Below, in pieces: positions 38,360 through 47,679 of a stretch of DNA of 64,000 bases. Within the stretch, counting starts at the first letter, position 1, and every line of letters starts with the position of its first letter. A program made the position numbers and the translations under genes. The DNA lies in IMG/VR virus record IMGVR_UViG_3300009945_000011, positions 1-64,000 of that record; one strand, written 5' to 3'. Under the pieces are notes generated by a model. That model made no database searches and was not told the DNA's origin. It saw only the letters and a program-made list of their open reading frames with translations. The DNA comes from a virus. Taxonomy: Duplodnaviria > Caudoviricetes.

Positions 38360-38932
38360 TTACTGGCGGTCTCTCAGGAATTTGAGGTAGTCGAGGGTGT
38401 CATAGAGCACGATGTTGTTTGCGTACGCATCGCTGTCAAGCTGGTTGGCAATCTCACTCAATTCCTCATCACTGACATTCTTTGCGATTACTGGGGGGTC
38501 TGGGTCGAAGTAGTCGTATGCTGACCATAACCCAGCAATATCATCTGTGATCTCTGGAGCGTTTTCGACGAACTTCTGCACGTCTTCGATGGCGTCCTCT
38601 GCTCCCTCATAGGTGCCGATGACATTGTCGTTGACGATTGCTCGTCTAAAATGTTTCATGATCTTGTTGAGCGCCTTGTCGAGCGCCCCATTGTTGATGA
38701 GGTTGGCAAAGCGAATAGCATCAGTTCTGGCTGGGAGTTCCCAGGCGAGGACGCGCCTGTACCAGCGCTCCGCTGGAGTTCCCGTGAGGTTTGGCCATGT
38801 CTCGATGTATAGGTCGCCTTCCCCTGGATCGAAGATCAACAGAATCCGCTTGGGAACGACGGGTGACTGGGTGTAGTCTGGTTCGATAAAGGCAGCGGGT
38901 GAGTCTGGTTGCTCAATGGTAAACTTTTTCAT
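38360..38932 (-). CDS. Hypothetical protein
   Basis: ATGA-coupled; GGAGG SD. Confidence 0.7.
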   Translation of the reverse strand: MKKFTIEQPDSPAAFIEPDYTQSPVVPKRILLIFDPGEGDLYIETWPNLTGTPAERWYRRVLAWELPARTDAIRFANLINNGALDKALNKIMKHFRRAIVNDNVIGTYEGAEDAIEDVQKFVENAPEITDDIAGLWSAYDYFDPDPPVIAKNVSDEELSEIANQLDSDAYANNIVLYDTLDYLKFLRDRQ

Positions 38933-39630
38933 TCCTCTTCCACCTCCTTTGCTACCTGACTATATGGCGGGACATGCGCCCCTCTCCTGGTTCCGTTGTC
39001 TCGCAATGTGAGCGGCATGATGAGGCCATCGAACCGTCTGTTTCTGTGCTGGGCAGCGAGTGCCACTTCCGTTGTATCACTGCTGAAGTGAAATGTTACT
39101 GTTGCTGGTAAATGTTTGTCGTGTTCATAGAGCGCGATCACAACGTCAAGGAGCTTTCGTAGTTTCCTAGCATCCATGCTGCACGAGAAACTAGGTTTTA
39201 TTTGCTTGAGCAGGTGTTGGTAGTCGGGAGGATCGCGCTGTTCGATGTTGACTTTGGTACTGAGCGCACCTTTGCCGTTTTCAGTGACGATGACCCACGC
39301 CTCCCCATCGTTTATGAACAGTTGAGCGAACCCGTCCCTGGCCCTTGCGAGCGCCCTTTTCACGTCGGTGGCGTTGAGTGTTAGTGCTTCATTCTCGTGG
39401 TCGGTGATATCTACAGCAGCGAGAACGTAATGATCTGTAGCCCAGGCTCTTCCATGATCAACGTAGAGATATCGAGAATGATGGAGTTCCTTTTCTGGGC
39501 CTGCGGCAATGGCCGCAACGGTTCCGATAACGTGGTCAACGCGCATGGGTACCTCCTTCGTCATCATTGTCATCTTGAGGTTTGGTTGAGGTCTACATTG
39601 TTGCACCTCCTTTTGCTCATTCTCTGGCAT
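38929..39630 (-). CDS. Beta-sliding-clamp-like protein (two DnaN-like domains), paralog 2
   Basis: AWATDHYVLA, PPDYQHLL, MDARKLRKLLD, VTFHF, GLIMPL match DnaN domain II/III signatures. Confidence 0.6.
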   Translation of the reverse strand: MPENEQKEVQQCRPQPNLKMTMMTKEVPMRVDHVIGTVAAIAAGPEKELHHSRYLYVDHGRAWATDHYVLAAVDITDHENEALTLNATDVKRALARARDGFAQLFINDGEAWVIVTENGKGALSTKVNIEQRDPPDYQHLLKQIKPSFSCSMDARKLRKLLDVVIALYEHDKHLPATVTFHFSSDTTEVALAAQHRNRRFDGLIMPLTLRDNGTRRGAHVPPYSQVAKEVEEE

Positions 39631-40249
39631 CAGCGTTGGTCTTCCAGATTGTCATAGTCTTTCCTGTCGTCGTGAGCAATTTGGCTTTGTCATAGACCTT
39701 GATCCAGTCTCTTTGAAGTGCCTCCTCCTTGGTCAGTCCCTCGAAGTAGAAGTATTCCTCCCCAAAACTGTCTACATCCCACTGCAACGGAATGCAGAGA
39801 ACTGTTACTGGCTTGCCCGTTTTCCGTGACGTGTACCAGAGGAGATAGGCTGCCCCTCCCATCCCGACGATGTTCTCAAGCTTGAATGTCTCGTATGGAA
39901 TGTCTAGCCGTTGCAAGACATCGATGAGTGCTGGCTGGTCTGCGCCGATCTCAATCTCGACGTGTTGCGAAAGACCGATATCGTTTTCCATCGTCTTGTT
40001 CCGCTGTTCCGCGACCCATTTTGGGGAGTGCGCCTCCCACACTCCCCATTGCTTGTAGATGATATGACTCAAGTCTGGGAAGAGATACCCGCCTAGTTCC
40101 CGATCTGGCTTTCCGCCAAGCGAGGCGATGATCTGCTGCTCTCGGAATACCAGCGGCGATCCCCAGTTGTGCCCTGGTTCCCCATATGGGATGGGGTCGT
40201 CTGTCAGCGCGGCGAACTTCTCAAGCGCCTGCTTAGCAAGTGTTTTCAT
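39617..40249 (-). CDS. Hypothetical protein
   Basis: AGGAGGG SD. Confidence 0.7.
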   Translation of the reverse strand: MKTLAKQALEKFAALTDDPIPYGEPGHNWGSPLVFREQQIIASLGGKPDRELGGYLFPDLSHIIYKQWGVWEAHSPKWVAEQRNKTMENDIGLSQHVEIEIGADQPALIDVLQRLDIPYETFKLENIVGMGGAAYLLWYTSRKTGKPVTVLCIPLQWDVDSFGEEYFYFEGLTKEEALQRDWIKVYDKAKLLTTTGKTMTIWKTNADARE

Positions 40250-40264
40250 CGGCCCCTCCTTGTC

Positions 40265-40489
40265 CTACAGTGCCGTGATTTCAATTGTGTGATTAGCTGG
40301 GGCTTGCTGTCCTTGGAACCAGAGGTAGCCGTTTTCGTCGATCTCCCAGTCGGCGGCTGTTGCCGTCTCCCACTCAGTTTCCGTGTAGCAAGCATATCCC
40401 CCGTTGGTCCTGACGCACATGACCTCGATGGTTTCTGTTACTCCATCGCTACTCGTGAGCATGATACGGTGTGTTGGCGTGAATTCCAT
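40265..40489 (-). CDS. Hypothetical protein
   Basis: AAAGGAG SD. Confidence 0.65.
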   Translation of the reverse strand: MEFTPTHRIMLTSSDGVTETIEVMCVRTNGGYACYTETEWETATAADWEIDENGYLWFQGQQAPANHTIEITAL

Positions 40490-40506
40490 CTGGTAATTCT
40501 CCTTTC

Positions 40507-40728
40507 TCAATCCCACTCGTGAAGCCAGTGCCACGCTTGGTCAAGTTCATCCTTGGTTATATGGCCAGTGAATTCCCAGGCCGTTTGTTCCACGCGCTTG
40601 GTGTCAACCCGCTGAAGCTCGTCCTGGTAATCGCTGTAATGCAGCGGGCCGCTAAGCCGCAACGTGTTCTGGTCAACCACGTAGGTATCACCGTACATCT
40701 TGTGTTGAATGAGCGCAAACCGTGGCAT
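40507..40728 (-). CDS. Hypothetical protein
   Basis: AAGGAGGGG SD; 14-bp palindrome just upstream. Confidence 0.65.
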   Translation of the reverse strand: MPRFALIQHKMYGDTYVVDQNTLRLSGPLHYSDYQDELQRVDTKRVEQTAWEFTGHITKDELDQAWHWLHEWD

Positions 40729-40762
40729 TGTTTTCCCCTCCTTGCTTGCCTGTGCAGGCATC

Positions 40763-40915
40763 CTACTTCTCGACGGTTTCGTACTCGCTATTGAGGTACA
40801 CTGTTACTCCCTTGAAGGTGGCTTCAATGTAGTCGGCAATGTTGTGGGCAGTGAACGCGGCCTCGTCTTCGTTGTCAGCTTCGAACTCGATCTCAATGGG
40901 CACGACGTACTTCAT
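40763..40915 (-). CDS. Small acidic hypothetical protein (50 aa, not in ORF track)
   Basis: MKYVVPIEIEFEADNEDEAAF...*, AGGAGGGG SD, ATGA overlap. Confidence 0.6.
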   Translation of the reverse strand: MKYVVPIEIEFEADNEDEAAFTAHNIADYIEATFKGVTVYLNSEYETVEK

Positions 40916-41097
40916 GGTTTCTCCCCTCCTTTCTCGTTATTACCGCCGTCCTTGATCCCTTTCCAGAATGACCAGATGATGCAGTCACACTCCTCAACAG
41001 CGCCGATGATTTTACTCATGATCTCGTGAAGGAGTTGTTCGTCGATCTCTTCGCCATCTGATCGCTCGATCAGCGCGTCGATTTGGAGCGTTCTCAT
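40912..41097 (-). CDS. Hypothetical protein
   Basis: AGGGAG SD. Confidence 0.6.
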   Translation of the reverse strand: MRTLQIDALIERSDGEEIDEQLLHEIMSKIIGAVEECDCIIWSFWKGIKDGGNNEKGGEKP

Positions 41098-41106
41098 TGT
41101 TTCTCC

Positions 41107-42279
41107 CTAGACTGGTACTACTCTCGTGAGTATCGTTTGCGCAATCCCATTATGATAACTATGCTCCTTGACCGTGGCCTTGATTGTCACTTCCCCCTTC
41201 TCGTCTATCCAGTCTGGTGACGTGGCTGTCCACCAGGCAAGGATATTCCCGTTCTCGTCAACCATCTTCACAAGATGCCGAGTTGATTCCCACCACTCTC
41301 TTGGCGGGAAGGTTAGGACTCCAGTGATGCGTACGACAAGCGTGACTCGCTGTCCGATCTCGCCGACATGTCGCTTTATGTACTTCGTGGCCTCTTGTGT
41401 TTTGGCATTGATGTATGCCTGGATGATATAGGCAGCAATGCCGATCTTCTCCCTGTCAACAATATCGAGCGAGGCTATAATCTGCAAGTTATGCTCGAAG
41501 TTCGTCGCTGGTTCGATTGACTTCGCCCAGGCAAGAGCCTGTTCTGCGAGTTTGATGTCCTTTTTCTCGATAATGATCCCCCTGCTCGTCTCTTCTTCCC
41601 TGAAAATCTTATCCTTCACATAGAGCCAAGCCGTATCGGCAGTTGATTCAAACTCGTGCTTTTTCTTGCTTTTGAAGCCGTAGGTTCTCGTCATGAGAGC
41701 CACAGCGCTGAGAAATCCCACGATTGGTTCGGTATTGTTGATCTGGGTCTTGCCAAGATAACCCTCATCCTCAGCGCTGTATGCCTCTCGGCTGATTTGT
41801 GAGAGCCATTCTGCTTGTTCAGCAAGGTCCTCGGCACTCTCACTGCCGAGGTAATCGGCGAGACAGTTGCGCCCTACTTGAATCCATTGTCCCTCCTCGT
41901 TGAATAAGACGAAAACTTCCTTGCGTGTTCTCTTCTTATTGCAGTGTTCACAGAACGCCTCCCTCTGGTAGAACTGTTTTGGTATGTCTTCCACGGGTGG
42001 TACAAGCTTGATGAGATTGCCTGCGCTTGTTGGCTCGATGATCGCGGCAAAGGTCCAGCCATTGAGTTTTGGGACACTGCCTGTTACTTCGACGGTATAG
42101 TAGAGCCTGCGAAATGGGTAGACCTCGTTTCCGAGTTCATCCGTGACTGTTTCCCACTCTGTCTTGATGACGCTAAGTGTGGCAGGGTTGCAGCCTAATT
42201 TTTTCGCACGCTTGTTGAGAGATTTGATCTTTTCCTGGAGATGAGGCAGGTTGACATCTGGGATGGTATAGTGCGGCAT
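41107..42279 (-). CDS. Phage protein with Zn site and C-terminal OB-fold-like domain
   Basis: CEHC...VGRNCL; HVGEIGQRV...VTIKATVKEH. Confidence 0.7.
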   Translation of the reverse strand: MPHYTIPDVNLPHLQEKIKSLNKRAKKLGCNPATLSVIKTEWETVTDELGNEVYPFRRLYYTVEVTGSVPKLNGWTFAAIIEPTSAGNLIKLVPPVEDIPKQFYQREAFCEHCNKKRTRKEVFVLFNEEGQWIQVGRNCLADYLGSESAEDLAEQAEWLSQISREAYSAEDEGYLGKTQINNTEPIVGFLSAVALMTRTYGFKSKKKHEFESTADTAWLYVKDKIFREEETSRGIIIEKKDIKLAEQALAWAKSIEPATNFEHNLQIIASLDIVDREKIGIAAYIIQAYINAKTQEATKYIKRHVGEIGQRVTLVVRITGVLTFPPREWWESTRHLVKMVDENGNILAWWTATSPDWIDEKGEVTIKATVKEHSYHNGIAQTILTRVVPV

Positions 42280-42359
42280 TGTGCCCTCCGTCGTCGGCTG
42301 CGCTGGTGCTGCCCTATCTATCGTTGTTTCTCTCGTTGCGTGTACCTGTCCCCTTGTGC

Positions 42360-43052
42360 TTAGTTGTTAGCGTGGGCCTTCCTTCGTTCCAGTAGCTCGG
42401 CCTCAATGTGTTGCAACTCTTCGTCGCGATCGACGATCTCCCCACCAAAAACCCTTTTGTTGAGGTAGAACAGGTCGCTCAAGCGCTCTGGTTTCTCTGT
42501 CGCGAGTTTACGGCCTGACGAGGCCCACTCAATATAAATATCGCCTGACGATTTGACATTGATGTAGATAATCGGGCGGCCTGGCTTTCTGCCAGTGCCC
42601 TCAGCGATAATTTGCCCCCATCCGTACTCATCGTCATTATCAGGCCCAACGAATAACCTTATGACTCGCGGAACCACGGCTGACGGCACTTCGTGCAGTT
42701 GATAACGTCCATCAGATTCTTGCATAAGCGTTCCGAGATATACCGTCTCGTTCGGGTTTGGACCAGCGTACACTGTTAGATCCAATTGGGAGTTGTCGGC
42801 GGTAATTGCCACTCTCCTGCCCATGGTTGTATAATTGATGGTGTTGCCGTCAAGTCTCCAATACGCAAATGGGCCAGGAAGCCTGATTTGTTTTGCTTCC
42901 TGTTCCTCAAGATACTGCTGTAACCGTTCACTTGCAGCCGCGTGCCAATCCGCCAGCGTGGTACATGCGGCTGCCTGCTCAGGAGTAATACTCATCGCGT
43001 GGCCGAGTGAAAGAGCAATAGCATTGACTAATGACGGCATGTGGTACTTCAT
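42360..43052 (-). CDS. Hypothetical early protein
   Basis: AAGGAGG SD; first gene after promoter P1. Confidence 0.7.
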   Translation of the reverse strand: MKYHMPSLVNAIALSLGHAMSITPEQAAACTTLADWHAAASERLQQYLEEQEAKQIRLPGPFAYWRLDGNTINYTTMGRRVAITADNSQLDLTVYAGPNPNETVYLGTLMQESDGRYQLHEVPSAVVPRVIRLFVGPDNDDEYGWGQIIAEGTGRKPGRPIIYINVKSSGDIYIEWASSGRKLATEKPERLSDLFYLNKRVFGGEIVDRDEELQHIEAELLERRKAHANN

Positions 43053-43176
43053 CTCTCATACCTCCTTGTCTAAACCAGTGACAAGCTATCCTTGCCACGG
43101 TAGCCAGCGGGGCATCCGATGCCCAGCTTCGCGCCTGGTCGCTGGCTCTCTGGTGCCGTCGCCACCTGACAGCAAC

Positions 43177-43205
43177 AGGCTAGCGCAGCCGTTAGCCCCC
43201 GTCAA
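43177..43205 (-). promoter_or_regulatory. Leftward early promoter P1
   Basis: TTGACG-17-TAGCCT. Confidence 0.75.
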
Positions 43206-43243
43206 GAGGTGAGCCGTGCCGAGTTGCCAATCCTCAGGTGTTT

Positions 43244-43543
43244 TTAGATGGCCCCCCAACCGTCGTTGCCCCAGCGGTTTGTCTGTTCTGTCTCTAGGAC
43301 GATGACGTGTCCTCGTGGGTCCCCTTGGAATCTTACCTTGAGACCATATTGTGCCAGTAAGTCAGTGATCTTTTGCTTGGACGCGCTGTACTGGCGCTGT
43401 TCTTGTTCTGTCAAGTCGCGGGTGCAGTACGCCTCGGCCAGGGTTCGAATCTTTTTGGCGTGCCAGATGAAGCTTCGAATCTGGCTGTACCGCATGCCAG
43501 CGTTCTCTAGGATATCCGTGGTTCCTGGTTCTATTCTCGCCAC
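43244..43543 (-). CDS. Phage hypothetical protein (FQGDPRG motif)
   Basis: AAAGGAGG SD + GTG. Confidence 0.7.
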   Translation of the reverse strand: MARIEPGTTDILENAGMRYSQIRSFIWHAKKIRTLAEAYCTRDLTEQEQRQYSASKQKITDLLAQYGLKVRFQGDPRGHVIVLETEQTNRWGNDGWGAI

Positions 43544-43544
43544 G

Positions 43545-44333
43545 TTATGCCTCCTTTCCGATGATACCGAGATGGCTTTTATGCTCGCCGAAGCAGCCGT
43601 TCCAGAGTGTCCACTGGATAGTGAAGTAGCTCAAATCGGGTACACAGCGGGTGCACCACGCAATCATATCTCCCTCTGTTAGACGGTATCCAGGCTCTGT
43701 TGTGGATACCGTAACTTGCGGTGAGTGACCTTGGATGTTGAGAATGAGCCGTAACATCCAGGAGTCAAGCGTGAAGACAGGCAACGTATCGTCCCAGAGG
43801 GCCAGGGCCATGGCGATCGTTTTACTCCCCATGCCCTTGAAGGATGCGAGTGTTTCGTAGGTGAATGTCTTGTGTGGATTGCCCCTGAGCCAGCCAAGGG
43901 CCTTGCGAATGTTTCTGGCTTTGGTATGGCCGAGATTGACAAGCCGCAGCTTGCCTTTGCCCTTGTACGGCACCGTGAGGCTCCTGGTAATTGTTTCGGG
44001 ATCATCGAGACGATCCCAGTTTTCCATGATTTGCGATAGCGCAAGCACATTTTCTGTGAAGTTACATTGCGGGCTAATCAGTGCGAACAGAAAGCATCGC
44101 CGTGCATAGTCCAGTGGATATTGTGACTTATACTCCTGGAGCGCCGTGATCTCGGCCCTCACAGGCTCGCTGTTGTCTTTGACGAATTCGACGAGTTCGG
44201 GCAGGTCTCTTGTTGATATACCATAGACCGACTTCGCCTGCTTGAAGGTCCATTTGATCTCTTTATATCCGTTATTCTTGTTTTGCAGGGCCACGAGGGG
44301 AGCGAATATTTCGTGTGACGTCCCGTATTTCAT
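43545..44333 (-). CDS. HhH-GPD DNA glycosylase/AP lyase (Ogg2-like)
   Basis: FLFALISPQ, KARNI, HhH 'FKGMGSKT' with Lys, 'TLDSWMLR' Asp, QWTLW. Confidence 0.65.
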   Translation of the reverse strand: MKYGTSHEIFAPLVALQNKNNGYKEIKWTFKQAKSVYGISTRDLPELVEFVKDNSEPVRAEITALQEYKSQYPLDYARRCFLFALISPQCNFTENVLALSQIMENWDRLDDPETITRSLTVPYKGKGKLRLVNLGHTKARNIRKALGWLRGNPHKTFTYETLASFKGMGSKTIAMALALWDDTLPVFTLDSWMLRLILNIQGHSPQVTVSTTEPGYRLTEGDMIAWCTRCVPDLSYFTIQWTLWNGCFGEHKSHLGIIGKEA

Positions 44334-44448
44334 GGCTAACCCTCTTTATGCCGTGGCAGCGATCTGCTTTCCCGTCGCTATACCATCCTGCAAACAAATG
44401 GGAGCGCCACGATTGACGCTCCCACTCATCCCATGACTACGTTGTGAT

Positions 44449-44778
44449 TTAGGCGATAGGCATTGCCTCCTTTCGTACTGGCACCACAACGATGGTGCTA
44501 CTATGTCCAACAAACATGTGCGTGTCTGGTGACGATTTTAGTGCGTCACCAAGAGCACACACGAGGTTATCACTTGGTAGGTTATGTGTGATCCTCACCA
44601 GGATATCATCGGTGCCAGGAATCTTGTATGCCTTGGCGCCGTACCACAGTGCCATTCGCAGCTTCGATGCGTTGATGCCCAGATTTTCAATATCATCATA
44701 GATAGTGCCAAGGTCGTGCTCCGTGATTTCTTGGCCGTTTTCCTTGATGAGAGACAGGTAATCCAGGTATGTATTCAT
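44449..44778 (-). CDS. Hypothetical protein
   Basis: AAAGGAG SD. Confidence 0.6.
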   Translation of the reverse strand: MNTYLDYLSLIKENGQEITEHDLGTIYDDIENLGINASKLRMALWYGAKAYKIPGTDDILVRITHNLPSDNLVCALGDALKSSPDTHMFVGHSSTIVVVPVRKEAMPIA

Positions 44779-45293
44779 TCTTTAGTGCTCCTTTCATGAT
44801 TTTGCGTAAATTCAGAAAGAACTTGTTGTAACTCCTCAGGAGTTAGTGCCTGGAGAGCGGCACGTGCAGCAGCAATGCTTGGTGAGACCTCTTGTGATTT
44901 CTGCACGATGTAAAGAGCCATTGCATACGGCTCTGAGTTAGCCGCTTTGGCTCGGTAATTTTCTGGTATATTCTCTTCATTGACAGTGGCCTTGATCTCT
45001 TCTGGTGTGATATACCGCACACCATCGTTCGTTGCCTGGAAGATAGCGTAGATGTACGAGCGGCGTCTATTGCTTCCTGCTTCTGTGGCCGCGATCAAAT
45101 AAGCATTTTCTGGGACTGCGACCGTTGATCCCCAGCGAACAAACTCACTGGTGATCGCGTAAGCGCCTTGTTTCGAAAGATCGATCTCCTTGGGGCTTCT
45201 GATAACTTTCGCCCACTGTCTCCAGCGGCGGTCGTACTCAAGCCTCGAACCAAGCTCGTTTAGGAATTTTGCTGATATTTCGACCAGTGCCAC
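44775..45293 (-). CDS. Hypothetical protein
   Basis: AAAGGAG SD + GTG. Confidence 0.7.
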   Translation of the reverse strand: MALVEISAKFLNELGSRLEYDRRWRQWAKVIRSPKEIDLSKQGAYAITSEFVRWGSTVAVPENAYLIAATEAGSNRRRSYIYAIFQATNDGVRYITPEEIKATVNEENIPENYRAKAANSEPYAMALYIVQKSQEVSPSIAAARAALQALTPEELQQVLSEFTQNHERSTKE

Positions 45294-45352
45294 TGCTGCG
45301 CTCCTTTCTTTGGTGCCCTACCCTGGTTCCATTGTGAATCTGCTTCTTACCC

Positions 45353-45892
45353 CTATCCGCGGTTCATACCATGGGATGAGGACGAAAGCATGTGGGCTGG
45401 TGCCTTTGATTTCGGTACCCTCTTGCCGTGTCGGCGAAGTGCATTAGCTACACGCTCATATGCCTTTGCCTCAACTCGGCTGTACTCTTCCTCGGCAATC
45501 TTTCGCACTTCCCACTTGATTGCCGAGATCGCATCGGCCAGTAATAATTTCTCACTCACATCATCGGACTCGGCGTGGAAGTGTCTCAGGAGTTCCACTG
45601 CAACCATAAGCGGCTCTAGCTCTGTGTAATAGATCGAGGCATTTGGGTTTCGTTTCTGATCAAGTGCTTCGGTAATCCGCTGTACATGCCCTATCTGACC
45701 TTCAACCAGGCAGGCATGATACAGTTGCGTGGTGAGTAAGCTAGCAGCCCACTCGACACTTGTTCGTAAACCAGATTTTTGCATTGCCGTCCTAAATGGG
45801 CATGCGTACATAATTCTTAGTGCTGGAATGAGAACGTTTTCAAGATCAGGCAGTGCCTTTCTATGCGCTGTGTTTGTCCATGGTGACAACAT
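45353..45892 (-). CDS. Hypothetical protein
   Basis: GAAAGGAG SD before ATG 45892. Confidence 0.6.
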   Translation of the reverse strand: MLSPWTNTAHRKALPDLENVLIPALRIMYACPFRTAMQKSGLRTSVEWAASLLTTQLYHACLVEGQIGHVQRITEALDQKRNPNASIYYTELEPLMVAVELLRHFHAESDDVSEKLLLADAISAIKWEVRKIAEEEYSRVEAKAYERVANALRRHGKRVPKSKAPAHMLSSSSHGMNRG

Positions 45893-46256
45893 GTTCCGCT
45901 GTCTCCTTTCACAATATTCTGTGCAGCCCCGATTATGACGGCTGGGCTGCTTCGATGCGGCCATAACACAAGCCGCATCTTCTTATGAGTTATCCCATTA
46001 CTTTGGCCAGCGTGGATAATTATTTCGTGGAATCACGACCTCCCTCACCTTATACTGTAGTGGCCGTGATTCCTCGATAAATTTGATGATATAAAATAGG
46101 AGCGTTATAATCCCCATTGTGTGCTCCTTTCTCGCATCCATTATGTTTGAATAAATGAGGAATTTGACGTATAGGCATCACCTCCTTTCTCTCTTATCAA
46201 TGACTGGTATTGATTCCCCAGTCCGTCCTGGCGGCCCGTCGCCACCTGACGGCAAC

Positions 46257-46285
46257 AGACTAGCGCGGCAGCTAGCCGTTGTCAA
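46257..46285 (-). promoter_or_regulatory. Leftward early promoter P2
   Basis: TTGACA-17-TAGTCT. Confidence 0.78.
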
Positions 46286-46603
46286 GGGGTAAGGCGGGGC
46301 GAGTTGCCAATCCTAAGCGGCTATAAGCTGTGCTAGGGATTGGCTAATGATGGCACGTGGGTTTGTGTTTGGGATGCCCTCATCACGTGCCGAAGTACGC
46401 CGTTATGTTCTCATGTGATTGGAACGTTGCTCGTGGCTGCGGCCAGGATGGCGCGTATTTGGCACGTGTACTATTGGGGTAGTCCTTATCGCGCCTATAT
46501 TGCCAGCACTCTCTCCTCGCCGCTATTGCCAGTGTTGTCACGAATGTTTGGCAAAGACTAAAGATAGAAGCCCGTTATTTGTGGTCCCCATAAAAATAAA
46601 AAA

Positions 46604-46630
46604 GGCCGCGGGCTGTGTGAACCCGCGGCT
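46604..46630 (-). terminator. Terminator-like hairpin (member of the CTGTGT-loop family)
   Basis: Minus strand AGCCGCGGG-loop-CCCGCGGCC followed by TTTTTATTTTT. Confidence 0.7.
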
Positions 46631-46635
46631 ACGGA

Positions 46636-46953
46636 CTATGCCCAGCTAACCAAACCCTTGCAGCCTATCGGCTGCCCATCTGGTCCCCTGACAAGTTCGC
46701 CAGGGGACAAAACATCAGGCCGCTTTACGGCCTGGGCCACTAACGTGGAAACGAGATAGAAAGTATCGGGCCGTGGCTCTGGTAATCCCACAACATCCCC
46801 ATATACAGTTTTGTATATGGGGATGCCATCAATTATTCCGACAACCTCGGCGGTTGTCGAAACTCTGGCTACGTCGCCACTTTTTGGGATGGTGGTTGTG
46901 CCACCATCCCGTACAATGGTGATATCATGCGGTGTAAGATTGATGATATGCAT
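46636..46953 (-). CDS. Conserved phage protein (NLTPH family)
   Basis: INLTPHDITI...ARV...GLPEP...YLVS..VAQA..RPDVLSPG...GCKGL. Confidence 0.75.
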   Translation of the reverse strand: MHIINLTPHDITIVRDGGTTTIPKSGDVARVSTTAEVVGIIDGIPIYKTVYGDVVGLPEPRPDTFYLVSTLVAQAVKRPDVLSPGELVRGPDGQPIGCKGLVSWA

Positions 46954-46988
46954 AATGTTGTGCTCCTTTCTAGGGAGTCATGGCCTCC

Positions 46989-47114
46989 CTAACTCTCGTC
47001 CTTGAATCCGCACCAGGGGCAGATAGAGCCCCTGGTGATAATATACCCGCAGTAGCCGCAGTATGTCTGTGGCCATCTCCACCGTCTATACCTTTTGATA
47101 AGTTTCTTTATCAC
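46989..47114 (-). CDS. Small Zn-finger protein
   Basis: AAGGAGG SD + GTG; CGYCG...CPWCG. Confidence 0.6.
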   Translation of the reverse strand: MIKKLIKRYRRWRWPQTYCGYCGYIITRGSICPWCGFKDES

Positions 47115-47163
47115 GTTTCCTCCTTGGCCACGGGCTAACACAGCCCGTGGCCATAGACTACTA

Positions 47164-47439
47164 CTATGAGTCGCACCCAGCGCAGGTGGCATAAGCGCCG
47201 CCCAGATGGCATATATACCACTCTGATCCACACAATGGGCACGGGCCTCCTCTGAAAAATTCCCGTGCGGGAGTTTTCCCGTCCCGTACGAATAGCACTT
47301 CGTTGTGATAGGCTGTCGTTAGCTCGCCACGGGCGTTTTCTAGTAGGTAGATGGGGAGACCATCTACCTCTTTCCGTTCGATAATATTATACTCAACCCC
47401 GTAATATACGACGACATTTCCTACACTATACGTCTTCAT
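47164..47439 (-). CDS. Small protein with C-terminal Zn ribbon
   Basis: AAGGAGG SD; CPLCGSEW...CAGC. Confidence 0.7.
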   Translation of the reverse strand: MKTYSVGNVVVYYGVEYNIIERKEVDGLPIYLLENARGELTTAYHNEVLFVRDGKTPAREFFRGGPCPLCGSEWYICHLGGAYATCAGCDS

Positions 47440-47493
47440 TTCTTGTCCTCCTTGGCCGTGGGTCACACAGCCCACGGCCATAGACTACTACGA

Positions 47494-47631
47494 CTACGCC
47501 GAACCGCAGCCAGCACAGGTGCCAAACGCGGCACCTGTGTAGTATTTGCGCCATTCGCACCCGCAGAACGGACATGGTCCTGCGGGGATATATTCAAACG
47601 ACGGCGGTTCGCCCTCCCCCAATTATGCCAT
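47494..47631 (-). pseudogene. Zn-ribbon paralog with TAA at codon 3 (or 42-aa ORF starting at TTG 47622)
   Basis: AAAGGAGGGG SD, ATG GCA TAA TTG...; GPCPFCGCEW...GTCAGC matches the C-terminus of 47164..47439. Confidence 0.55.
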
Positions 47632-47679
47632 TTTGTCCCCTCCTTTGGGACTAAATCTATCCCGCGCCACCCACGGGAT

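Noticed and set aside
46636-46953. AcrIII-1 (DUF1874) ring nuclease assignment for the NLTPH protein
   Set aside because: It does not show the AcrIII-1 signatures I know (NAFS...IGH.ST); left as a conserved hypothetical.
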